Assembly: GCA_951406725.2 (NCBI GenBank)
Contig: OX597826.1
Location: forward strand, 35,030,001 to 35,094,000
Direction of reading: 5' to 3'
DNA from: Octopus vulgaris
Lineage: Eukaryota
Length of the DNA stretch: 64,000 nucleotides
The notes below the pieces were generated by a model. The model saw nothing but the letters and a program-made list of their open reading frames with translations, ran no database searches and was not told the DNA's origin. Position 1 is the stretch's first letter. The number at the start of each line of letters is the position of its first letter. Shown piece by piece: positions 13,343 to 25,702 of the stretch. A program made the position numbers and the translations under genes.

Positions 13343-15234
13343 AGTATGCCGGGCGAAATGCTTAGTGGTATTTTGTCCGTCTTCACATTCTGAGTTCACA
13401 TGCTGTTGGGGTTGACTTTGCCTTTCATTCTTTCCAGGTCAATAAATTAAGTACCACTTATGCACTGGGGTTGATGTAATCCCAAAGTTGAGGCCTTGTG
13501 CTTCTAGTAGTTGTCGATGGTTTGAAAATTAGTAACCAGTGATAAAACCAATATCAAGTTGGTTTGTGTTCTTTTTATCTTCCATGATAAAATACTGGCC
13601 TGACATGCCAACATATTTAGTATGTGATTCACACTCTCAACTTAAAACAGATCATCTCAACTTGTGGTAAATATGTATGGTTTGATACTCTAAGCAACAC
13701 AGTAACAGAAAGTATATTCTATTATACTGTTTAGGTTAGAGAAGCTTGTAGTGTCTCATGGACTTGGCAAATTTAACAGAATAGCATTCCAAAATTTTGC
13801 ATTACTCCAGTTTGCTCAAGTGCAAATGAATATCAGCCTAAAACTGGGGTGCCTTTACTCCTTCCAACAATTACATGCTTCATATTCTGCTAGATTAAGA
13901 ATGGGTGGTTTAAGAGGGTCAGGGTCAACTCATGACCTCCAAGGAACCTAAAACAAGTTGTGAAAATGTAGTCCCAGCTCTCTGGTGAAACTAACTTGTG
14001 ATTGACAGCTAATCTTTTAAGCTATTTCTATCTCTGTTTATATGCAGCCAGTATGATTTTTGAAGTGGTTGGTGTTAAAAAAGGCATATAACAAGAACAA
14101 GCTTAGTAGGAGAGCAGAAACTCTAAATAAGGACTGACTTAGACTGTGATAACTAATTTAACTCATTCCAGCCGGGAAAGTAAAACAATGATGATGATAA
14201 AGATGATTTTTACTCTAAGGTGCGTGAGACAGTTTAACAAAGTATAACCAACTGTTCAGAGGTGTGAAAAATCAATAATGTTATTGATTTTCTCTCTTCC
14301 ATCTGGGACTTGCCTACAGCCCAATCAGTTTTGTTTACTAAAACACTTTTGTTTTGATTACACCAATATTTTGTTCTGTGGGAAGCTGGTAGAATCTTTA
14401 CCATGCCAGACAAAATGCTTACAGACATTTTATCCACCTTTACATTCTGAGTCAAATGCTGCCACGGTTCACTTTGCTTTTCATCCTCTCAGGGTTGATA
14501 AAATAAATACCAGCTGACTACTAGGGTTAATGTAATTGACTTACTCCCTCCCCTAAAATTGCTGGCCTTGTGCCAACATTTGAAATCAATATTTCATGCA
14601 TTGTTAACCATGCGTCTTCCCCTTCAGTCACCTCTTTAACTATTCAACCATCGTGTCCCATATATTTAATAATTCACTGATTAGTTTGTGATGTAGTTAA
14701 CTTTTTTCTCAATAAAAACAAAATATAATTCCTAGTTATGCAGACGATGAATAGTTTTAATTTAAGCTAATATTCATTTATTTATTTTTATTAATCTGAT
14801 AATATTCTCAAAAGTTGCATTGTAATCTATACCAGACAGTTTCAATTTGGGTAAGATACTTGCTAATTGCTACAATACTTTAGGGGTGTGTGCAATATTA
14901 TTTTTTCTTCTTCAGACATTCTCAGTATTATTTAAATTTCTCTATAGCAATTACTGATACCATAATTATTCATAAGATTTCTACTTCTTGACGTAAATGT
15001 TCTGCAATTAACCGAAAAAGAGTAAATGGAAGGTTGTGACTTTTATGCATCTTCTAAGAGTAATAATTGCAGAGCTTTAGAATGAAGCATCTTCAACAAA
15101 TCAGAATCTTTACTTGTGGAGACATGTGCTCTCTGGTACTTTACAAATAATTATTCATTAAGTCATCATTAGATTAAGTTAATTAGGATAATGATTTCAA
15201 TAAAAAAGTAAATATATTATAAAAAAATAACTGT

Positions 15235-15580
15235 TATAGGAAAGAAATAGTTAAATATTCAGAGGCTGTATATAAAATATCTGTGTTATGTGATATCTTC
15301 TTACAATATGCTCTATAGAATTCTCGTTTCACCTTTCGAAGTTAGACATCAACAAGAAATTTCTGTTAGTCTGTCACACAGCAAATTTAATTTATAACAT
15401 AATTTCTAATTATACACTATTTTTTTTCTTCCCATTCCTGTACTAATATATTTACAGTGTTTTATTTTGATTTTATTTAGTAGTCATTTAAATTTGTTTT
15501 TACTATTATTCTCTTTTATATTTTATTTATCCTTTATTTGTATTTTATTTATCTTTTATTTTTGTTTTTATATTTTGGTC
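15235..15580 (+). repeat. Copy 1 of a near-perfect inverted duplication
   Basis: Reverse complement of 18894-19222 with about five substitutions and one short indel region. Confidence 0.95.
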
Positions 15581-16109
15581 TGCTATTTCCTGACTCTTAA
15601 TTAGTAAAAGTATAAAAAGAGATGTGCAGACGTTTAGCAGCTATAAATTTAACTTTAAATTTATAGTTGTCGATGGTCTGAACATTAGTAACCAGTGATA
15701 AAACCAATATCTTCTATTAGAATCTGCGTCAGATACTTTCTGTCAATTTAGTCTGCGAGATGTTTATTTTGATGTTACTTCTTGACATTTTACTACTCTG
15801 CTGCTATCAAGATAAACAGCAACTCTTCAATACGGACCAACCTATTGGCAACACAACTAAAACAAAAACCCATTTACTATTTATTTATTTTTCTCCATAT
15901 CTTCTTTGTTTAATTTCTTTTCCTTTTCTTCTTTCCTCTCTTTTTCTTGAAATTCTCATTTGATTTTCCTTCACATATTACTGTGTCATGTTGGTGTTGT
16001 CGGTGGTGGGAAGTGTTGGTAGTTAGCACTCAGTCAGCTTTGCTCCAGCTGATCAATTGACAAAAGCAATCCAAGCAGGACCATCCTATCTTGTATATCT
16101 AGGACACTA

Positions 16110-16400
16110 TTTCGTTATGGTCGTTGGTGCCTCATGTAAAGCATCCATGCTAATGTCAGGTATAAAGCACATAAAAAAACACTGTAGCTGGTTCCATGTG
16201 AAAGGCACCCAGAATACTCTGTAAAGTGGATGGCGTTAGGAAGGGCATTCAGATATAGGAAACATACCGAAGCAAACAATTAGAGCCTGGTGCCGCCTTC
16301 CTGCTTGTCAACTCCTGTCAAACAGTCCAACCTATGCCAGCATTATATGATAATGATGATGATGATGATGATGATGACGACAACAACGACGATGATGATG
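16110..16400 (+). mobile_element. Degraded RTE 3'-end fragment (similar copies at ~18570-18780, ~58945-59206, ~60290-60385)
   Basis: gtaaagtggatggcgttaggaagggcat...gtccaacctatgccagcat followed by (GAT)n. Confidence 0.75.
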
Positions 16401-16769
16401 ATGACAATAAGTAAGGCATAATTTTAGGGAAGCTGACAACCTTTTCTAAATTCGAAAAAGTGACTTACAGCTGTAATGAAACTAATTCAACCCAAAGCAG
16501 CATGAAGAGAAAAATGATGATGGTGATGATGATGATACTGACAATGGCAGTGGCAATGATGTTGACAATTATTCTACTAGTCCATTAAGCCAAGCTGGTA
16601 CTTTATTAAGTATAAAATAAACAAAAGTCTACTGAAGAATAAGATGGTGATCATGGTAGGGATTGAACTCAGAATGCCAAGTCCTAGAATAAATTCAGAA
16701 AGACATTTCATCTGCCTGCTGCCCTATTACTTCTGATAATTCACCATCTAGAACGACTAGATATATATA

Positions 16770-16990
16770 TTAACCCTAATGAATCGCTTGCTATCTCTGA
16801 TCTTGTTAATCCAAAGATTAAAGGGATACCCTAAACCCTGACCAATTACATCAGCTTTCCTTTATTCAAAGAGCACAATTGTGGTGAGGTGCAATTAGGG
16901 ATATTTTGCAGCTATTTCTAGGAGACTGACTGAACATGTAGAGGCTCCATCGTGAGTTTACTGTGGTATATCATTGGTGGCTCATCCGAT
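16770..16990 (+). mobile_element. Old dispersed repeat family D (relics at ~2360-2570, ~20350-20420, ~62790-62940 -)
   Basis: Shared motif atat.t.gcagctatttct.gcag.ctga..gaccatgtag. Confidence 0.55.
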
Positions 16991-18893
16991 ATTTCTTTTC
17001 TTCAAGTTTATAGTTATGCACTAAAGATAGAAATTATCAAGAAATCCCCTTCCACCTCCTCCTCATCATTATTGGTGTTCTCATTAGCATCATTGCTATT
17101 GTCATCATCAGTCATTCATATTATTTATGTCATCATCATCATCACCGGCATCTTCATTGTCACCATCACCATCATTGCCATCATCAACATCAACATCATC
17201 ATCATTATTGTTGTTATTGTCATTGTTCTTACCACCACAACCAACACCATCATCATCCTCTCCTCCTTTTCTTCCCCTTCCCCCTCCCCCTCCTTTTATC
17301 CTTTTTCTGCACGGTTCCTAGATCCAATTGTCCATCATGCCATGGGTTAGAAAATAGTACACTGCAGCCTATTCCCAATTGGCAAGACACATTTGTTCTT
17401 GCAAGTATGTCCGGGTTACTGACTTGTACCTATGACACCTACAAATTGAACAATGTGTTAAGTGCAACTGTGTGCTTCAGTTTGTGTGCATGTACATGTA
17501 TCCGTGTGTGTGTGTATGTGTGTGTGTGTGTGTGTGTGTGCATGTGCGTGTGTGTGTGTGGGGGGGGGTGAGACTTTCTATAAACCACAATATTTTCATA
17601 TATGTTTAATGGCGCTTTTATCAAACCCACTTTTAGTGATCAGAGATTGTCTTAGTTGATAGGAGACAAAAACAAAACAACAACGGAAATAAATAAAACT
17701 ATGTCAATGGCCCTATAAATATGTGCAACAATTTCATTTCACTTATATGCATATATATATAAATGTATGTATGTGCATATCTATATCTGAATATTTATCT
17801 TCTTTCTGTCTATTTATGCAATTGTCTCTATGTGTACATGTATATATTTACATCTATAATCACCTCCTTTGAATGTATTTGTCCACATCCATATTTATGT
17901 AAATATGAATATAGCGTTATTGCCAGTTAAATTTGCATGCGTTCATATGTATTTATGTATATAGTTGTAAATTCCGACCTTAATAACAGAGCGTTTTCTA
18001 CTAAAAAGACTTTTATCACATTTCCTTAAGATGCCAGAGTCATCTTTATGTGAGTTTTCGAAGTAAAAGCTTATTTTCACAAAGGAATTCATCAAAATTC
18101 TTCAGAATTAGCAGTATTTACCAATATTTATTGGTATTTGTACTAAAACCAATTCTCACAAATATATACATATATTCTTTCCTTCTAGAAGATGATCATA
18201 ACTTTTAATTTCTACCTTGTGAGTAATAAACACATCAAACATTAACAATGTGAGTTAATTAACAAGTTTGTCAGTTCAGAAAGTGATAAACTTGCCAGCT
18301 ATTTATCATATATCATGCAACTGAATAGACAAAGAAGAACATTTAACTTATTCAGTGCAGATAGTACCAGTCATATAAAACCTTTTTCTTCAATCCTCTG
18401 TCTCTTTATATGTATATTTTTTTTTATGGAAATGTTATTGTTGTGTTTATGCTTTTCCTGTATAAAGCTAAACATGTGATTGACTAAGTTGGTATAATTT
18501 TATGCATATTTCTAATCACTGAAAATATATATTTTGTCTCTGACATTGCAGTAGAGTCATATGGGTGTACTAACAACACCAAAGTGATGCCACAAAACTC
18601 TGTTACACCACAGTACAAATCTGTAAAATGGTTGGCCTTATGAAGGGCATCCAGTTGTAGGAGTCAAACCAAAGTTGAAGCTGGAGAATGCCATGGTCTT
18701 CTAATGTATATGACCCTGTTGGACCATCTAAGCAATGCCAACATGAGAATTGGTTGTGAAATGATGATGATGACAATGATAATCATTTTACAAGTCTCAT
18801 ATGATGACAAAACAAGGGTACATAGACACACACTTGCACTTGCACATTCACTTACATATATACCCACATACATGCGGACTGTGATCAGCTTTT

Positions 18894-19222
18894 GACCAAT
18901 ATAAAAAGAATAAAATACAAATAAAAGATAAATAAAATATAAAAGAGAATAATAGTAAAAACAAATTTAAATGACTACTAAATAAAATCAAAATAAAACA
19001 CTGTAAATATATTAGTACAGGAATGGGAAAAAAAAAATAGTGTATAATTAGAAATTATGTTATAAATTAAATTTGCTGTGTGACAGACTAACAGAAGTTT
19101 CTTGTTGATGTCTAATTTCGAAAGGTGTAACGAGAATTCTATAGAGCATATTGTAAGAAGATATCACATAACACAGATATTTTATATACAGCCTCTGAAT
19201 ATTTAACTATTTCTTTCCTATA
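18894..19222 (-). repeat. Copy 2 of the inverted duplication
   Basis: See 15235-15580. Confidence 0.95.
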
Positions 19223-19390
19223 TATAACATATATATATATATATATATATATATAGGTAAGAAAGTTGGTGTGTGAAAGCACGTGGTTGGATATATAGAA
19301 ATATATAATTTTATAACATTTTTCTAACATAACGACTTAAATATATTCTTTAACCTTATAAAAAAGCCTTCTGTAGTTTTTTCACCCTTT

Positions 19391-19470
<80 letters not shown>

Positions 19471-20992
19471 TTTATATACATATTTTTCTCTCCATTACTT
19501 CATTACTTTCTCTCTACATCTCCTTTCTCTCCACATTCTTTTGTGTGGGCTCAACATTTGAAAGACTTCTTCCATTTTTCCTGATCTTCAAACTAATACA
19601 TCTTCCTCGTTGTACCTTGTCTCTATCTTCTCTTAAATATCATTCTGAACTCTCTCTCTCTCTCTCTTCCTCTCTCTCTCTTCCTCTCTCTCTCTTTCCC
19701 CCCCTCTCTCTCTATATATATATATATCAACACAAAAACAGGAATTGGACACCACTTTTTACTCACCCTGTAGGTGTGTGTGTTCATTTCAATATGTGCA
19801 TGTATCCATGACTGTGTAACTGTGTCTACATATATATGTAAATGAGTAGAAGTTTGGTGTCTGTTGCTGCATGTGTGTGTGTATGTGTGTGCATCAGTGC
19901 ATGTAGTATACCAGTATGTGTGTTTCTGTATTTCTTGCATCTGTGTCAGCATATACACAATTACAAGCACAAGTGCATGTGTGCAGAAGAGGAAATTTCT
20001 CCTGTTTAACCATCTCATGAAGTGAGATTTCTGTTAGTTTTTTATCTATGAAATCAGAGACCAGACTTGGTTAATACTCTTAGCAAACCACAGACCCAGA
20101 ACGTAATTTTTACTGGTGAAAGAAATAAACTTAGGAAAAATTCAATTACATTTGCTCTAAGAATCCCTTTTTCTATAAAGAGAGAGAATGTGTATATGAT
20201 AAAGGATAGAGAGAAAAATTGAAACAGTGAGAGAAGAGCAAGAAACAGAGTTATAGATTGTGAGGGGACATTTGTCTTATAAATAAAAGGAAGAAAATTA
20301 GAACAACAACGAAGGATTAGAATATAAAGTGAGAAAAAAAGGGGAAAGGTGTGGTTTGAGTAAGATTTGACTGCTATTTATTGCAGAACAAGTAGCCATG
20401 TAGTGACTATGGTCTGGATGCTGTGAATGCTTGTTTGTGGTGTGGTTGATATCTTTTCGTTATGTAATGGAAAATGAAAACTGTTGAGTGAGAGCTAGGC
20501 ACAGCAAGATACATGTTCAGTAAAGGAACACAAATGAAAAGAGACAAGAAAAAGCTGATAATAAAAATTTAATTGCTATTAGTATCGGCTTTGAATTTTG
20601 GGTTGGACTGCGTTGGACTGCATATGCATATATATATATATATATATAACAAGCTTCTTTCCGTTTCCATCTACCAAATCTGTTCAGAGAATTGGATGGT
20701 TTGGGGCATTATGCCATGCCGCCACTCAGTGGTATGGACTTAACTGAAGATCCATCCATATTGCTAAAATTATATATTTCTCACGACCTAGGAATACAGG
20801 CTTGACATTTCTCTTACATATTTGAAGGCCCAGTTGAATTAAATGTAATCTAATGAGGGGGTCATTAATGAACATTTGATTAGATATATCAGGAAATATA
20901 ATTAAATTCATTGTGAAATATAATTATGAATATTAAAGTCAAGAAATAAAGATATGAACTGATCTTTTAATGATTTACACAGATGATTTAAT

Positions 20993-21321
20993 CAGAGGTT
21001 TGGGAACAAGGGGTGCAAAGGGTGCACCCTTTAATTTTTAATTTTTTATTTTTGGATGGGGGAGTCGCACAATGAAAACGCTTCAGAATCATCCTGAAAA
21101 AGGTTCATTGCCAAATCAAAGAAGTTTGGAAACATTTTTAGATTGATTTGAAACATTACTTTTCCATTATTGGATTTATCGGGTTCGATTGATGTACAAA
21201 TATTATAAAAATAATTATCATTATTGTGCCTTTTGATATTAAAATTTTCAAGAATCGACCTTGTAAAATATTTTGGACCCTGAGTTGCACCACTTAGGCA
21301 AGTTTCGTTCCCACACTCATG
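20993..21321. mobile_element. hAT-type MITE with 8-bp TSD
   Basis: TIRs cagaggtttgggaac / gttcccacactcatg; flanks gatttaat (20985-20992) and gatttatt (21322-21329). Confidence 0.8.
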
Positions 21322-21783
21322 GATTTATTGTATAATGCTTCATGCATGAAATATATCTTTAATCTTCCTCTCTACCTAGCAATGTACAATGACAAACAAA
21401 GTCAATTTCATGTGGCAGGCAGCCACGAAGTGAAAGGTACTTTACCTAGCAATCCTGCAGTCTTTGTTCATGGGTGTTGATATTACATGGATCAATATAA
21501 TTCTCTAGTCAGTACTTATTCTCTTTTACACTTTTACTTCTTTCACTTAACAGAAAGTGGTCATGCTAGAGCACCATTTTGTAGATTTAATGGTGGCGTG
21601 AATATGGAGGGGGGGAAAGCGAATCAAGACCAATGTGCTTCGTTAGAGTTTATTACTATTCTAATAGTCTCTTTTTCAGAAACCAGGTATCAGGTGGAGA
21701 AGAACTATCTCAAATACTCCTATAGATATATACAAACACACACATAACACACACTCACATATATATATGTGTGTGTGTATATA

Positions 21784-21830
<47 letters not shown>

Positions 21831-22025
21831 CATCATACATACATACATACATATATATATATATATATTTCAATATGGAGCAAATAATTCATGAGAAAAA
21901 ATAATTCACGAAAAATAATTTGCAAACATATCATTGACTCTGTTATTATCTAGTGTAACAATTCAAATAAAGGATAATAACAGAATCAGTAATATAAATG
22001 ATTGCAAGACCCGAAAAAGCATTAA

Positions 22026-22455
22026 ATAGCTGAAGGCTTAAAATTAATCAAAGGAATAACTAAATATGTCTACCTGCTGGAAATAACAGTCAAAACTCTT
22101 ATTTAAATTACCAAAATACACTGATAATGACTACAGAAATCAACCGTCCGAAAGCAAATGGGCAAAAACAATCTCTCAGCATACATTCAAGTATTTGGGC
22201 TCATGTAGACCTGTTTCTGGACTGGCATAATAGCCTAACCTTCCTCAGTACATGTTACCATGATAGAGAGTATGCTGATAGATTGTCTTGGGTCGTTTGC
22301 CTTTGGAAGGTTGATTTCTGTAGTTATTATTAGTGTTTTCTGACAATTTAAATAAGAGTTTTGACAATTTGACAATTTGAATAATAGTTTTGATGAATTT
22401 CCAGCAGGTAGACATACTTAGTATGTTCGTTGATTAATTTTAATCCTTCAGCTAT
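22026..22455. mobile_element. Fold-back/MITE with ~150-bp imperfect TIRs
   Basis: atagctgaaggcttaaaattaatcaa..tatgtctacctgctggaaat vs atttccagcaggtagacata..ttgattaattttaatccttcagctat. Confidence 0.8.
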
Positions 22456-22666
22456 ATACATATAGTTGAAATTTATAGACAAACAAGACAAAGACAGATG
22501 TATGAATAACAAGCAAATGTATTAGTTTGACGCTTAGGAAAAATGAAAAAGTATTTTACAGTTCGAGCCTACAATCTTCAACAGAAGGGAATAAGAGGAA
22601 ATAAACAAAGACAGAAAAAAAACGTGTAGATTTCAGCAATCCAGCATGGTGAATATATATATATAT

Positions 22667-24951
22667 ATTCTATGACACTCTACTGCAGACTACCTCGTTG
22701 ATGAACGACAGAGACCTTCTCTTTGTGGCTGGTGACTTCAATGGTCACGTTGGACGACATGCTGGGGGCTTCCATGGTGTACATGGAGGCTATGGCTATG
22801 GCTCCTGCAACGAGGAGGGAACCAGGCTGCTGGAGTTCTGTGATGCAAATAATCTTATGATTTGCAACACTAACTTCAGGAAACCTACCAGCCACCTGCT
22901 CACCTACCGATCAGGCCAACATACCAGCCAAATTGACTACATCCTTGCAAGGCAAAGGGAGAGATGGCTGCTTATAAATGCCAAAACCTTCCCAGGCGAA
23001 GAATGTACCCCACAACATAGACTGGTAGTTAGTGACTTTAGGATCAGGACTAGGAGGACAACCAGAAGACGACCAATATGGAGAAGAAGGATCAGGAAGC
23101 TTAAAGATCCTGCAAATGGACAGAGATTTAGGGACATATTACTTGAAGCCTTTGATGAAGTAGAAGGGGATAGAGCATCACAGGGGATAGAAGACAACTG
23201 GACGTTTCTAAGGGACAACCTGCTGAGAGCCACTGACCAGATCTGTGGCTGGTGCAAAGTCCCCTCTCGACCTAGAATAACGTGTTGGTGGAACAATATT
23301 GTAGACAGGGCTATTAGAGAAAAGAGACAGGCTTAGAAGGTCTGGAAAAATAGGGGTAGCAGGGAATTGTATCAGACTGCCAAAAGAGAAGCTAGGAGAC
23401 AGGTTTATTTAGCCAGAGGGGAAGCAGATAAGAAAAAATTTGCCAAAGTTCTGCGCCATGAGGACCAAAGACTGGAGGTGTTTCGCGTTGCAAGACAGTG
23501 TGTGAGAGAGAATCGTGATGTGGTAGGAGAGAAGTGTGTTCGCATGGAAGATGGTTCACTTGCACTAAATGAGAATGCAAAGAGAGAGGTTTAGAGATGC
23601 CACTGTGAAAGGTTGCTGAATAAAGAAAATGAATGGGATAAAGAGAGTCTGCCGAATGTTGACCCAACAGAGGGACCAGCTATCCGAGTTGATAGTTCCT
23701 TGGTAGTTAAGGCAATTAGAAGCATGAAGACAGGGAAAGCCCCAAGCGCATCAGGAATCACTGCAGAGATGCTCAAAATGTCTGGTAGTGTCGGCTATAG
23801 CCTAGTCACCCGTATAGTTAATCAGGTGATACACAAAGGAGTCATATCCAATGACTGGTGTAGCAGCATAATAGTCAACTACTACAAAGGTAAAGGTGAC
23901 GCCCGAGATACAAATAATTACAGAGGTATAAAGCTGTTGGATCAGGTGATGAAGGTTACGGAGAGGGTCATAGCCCAACTAATTAGAGAGAGAGTTAGTT
24001 TAGATGAGATGCAGTTTGGGTTTGTGCCAGGGAAAAGTACCACTGATGCTATATTCCTGGTAAGGCAGCTGCAGGAGAAATACCTAGCCAAAGATAAGCC
24101 CCTGTACCTGGCTTTTGTTGACATGGAGAAAGCCTTCGACAAGGTCCCCCGATCCCTTATCTGGTGGTCAATGAGGAAACTAGGGATAGATGAATGGTTA
24201 GTGAGAGCTGTGCGGGCCATGTATAGGGACGCTGCTAGTAAGGTGAGGGTTGGCAACGAGTACGGTGAAGAATTCCGGGTAGAGGTATGGGTCCACCAAG
24301 GCTCAGTCTTGGGACGAGGTGGTGAAGCACGACCTTCGAACTTTAGGTCTCACTGAGGAAATGACTAGAGACCGAGACCTCTGGAAGTGTGCTGTGCGCA
24401 AGAAGACCCAGCAGGACAAGTGCGACCATAACCCATGGCCTTCTACATGGGATGGAGCCAGCCTACGTATGCATACCTTCCCTTCTTGGGACACAAAACT
24501 CTACTTGTGAAGACCTGTTGAGGCAGGTGAGGATCAGAATCGAAATCGATCAATGGAAATTGCAGATGTGTTACCAGTGCCGATGGCATGTAATCCGTTC
24601 GTGACCGTTGCCAGCGCCGCCTCGACTGGCCTCGTGCCGGTGGCACGTAAAAAGCACCATCCGTTCGTGTCCGTTGCCAGCCTCGCCTGGCCCCCGTGCC
24701 AGTGGCACATAAAAAGCACCATCCGTTCGTGGCCGTTTGCCAGCTCTGTCTGGCACCTGTGCGGGTGGCACGTAAAAAGCACCCACTACACTCACGGAGT
24801 GGTTGGTGTTAGGAAGGGCATCCAGCCGTAGAAACACTGCCAGATCTGACTAGGCCTGATGAAGCCTTCCGGCTTCACAGACCCCAGTTGAACCGTCCAA
24901 CCCATGCTAACATGGAAAACGGACGCTAAACGATGATGATGATGATGATGA
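22667..24951 (+). mobile_element. RTE-clade LINE, 5'-truncated, with two in-frame stops and an internal deletion in RT; (GAT)n tail
   Basis: Collinear ORFs 22698-23336, 23367-23594, 23613-24356: GDFNGHVG, SQIDYIL, QHRLVV (APE); NYRGIKLL, QFGF, AFVDMEKAFD, HQGSVL (RT). Then jumps to the C-terminal WDEVVKHDLRTLGL; ends aacgatgatgatgat. Confidence 0.93.
24593..24783 (+). repeat. Three tandem 62-66 bp hairpin-containing units in the RTE 3'UTR
   Basis: Units start at 24593, 24659, 24721: atccgttcgtg..ccgttgccag..ctggc..gtgcc.gtggcac(g/a)taaaaagcacc. Confidence 0.9.
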
Positions 24952-24965
24952 TATATATATATATA

Positions 24966-25567
24966 ATCAAAATAAGCAACAGGATATCAAGAGGTGATGC
25001 AGTATGACCTTTTCAAGTGGCTCCATTTAATTGAACAATGCAATGATTACATCAATTTAAATGCTGGGTTATCCTCAGCTGCATAAATAAATATAATTTT
25101 TAATCAGTTGGACGCATTAATATAATTTTACTTGAATTCTCTAATGGAGCAAGAAGAGGGAAAGAGTCCATGTTGCTACTAATGTAGCTAAGAATATACT
25201 ACACTACTAAGAACTGCATGAAGTTTGTTAGGGGTCATAGCTTATAAAGGATTGTGGTTCGTTTTTAATCTATTTGTCTTTTTTTTATCAACTATAACCC
25301 TAACAAACTTCATACAATTCTTAGTAGTGTGGTATATTCTTAGCTACATTAGTAGCAACATCGAATCTTTCCCTCTTCTTGCTCTTATTAGAGAATTCGA
25401 GTAAAAATAATATTAATGTGTCCAACTGATTAAAAATTCTATTTATTTATGCAGCTGAGGATAGCCTTGCATTTAAATTGATGTAATCATTGCATTGTTC
25501 AATTAAATGGAGCTGCTTGAAACTGTCGTACTGCATCACCTCTTGATATCCTGTTGCTTATTTTGAT
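24966..25567. mobile_element. Fold-back element (~285-bp arms) carrying hammerhead ribozyme motifs; Penelope pseudo-LTR/retrozyme-like
   Basis: atcaaaataagcaacaggatatcaagaggtgatgcag... is the inverted copy of ...ctgcatcacctcttgatatcctgttgcttattttgat; ~30-nt loop. Confidence 0.85.
25449..25536 (+). ncRNA. Type I hammerhead ribozyme
   Basis: Stem I atgcag/ctgcat; core CTGAGGA (25455-25461); long stem II (catttaaattga/tcaattaaatg); GAAA (25519-25522); minimal stem III; GUA site at 25528-25530. Confidence 0.7.
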
Positions 25568-25655
25568 GCTATTCTCCTTACTTTGTGTTGTACGGATAAT
25601 ATCGCACTGACTTGGTGTTTCAATTTAAGTACCTAATTCAACTGAATCTCAATTC

Positions 25656-25702
<47 letters not shown>

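Noticed and set aside
24593-24783. Repeat-spacer-like array resembling CRISPR
   Set aside because: Eukaryotic context, no cas genes, and the units are homologous along their whole length within an RTE 3'UTR.
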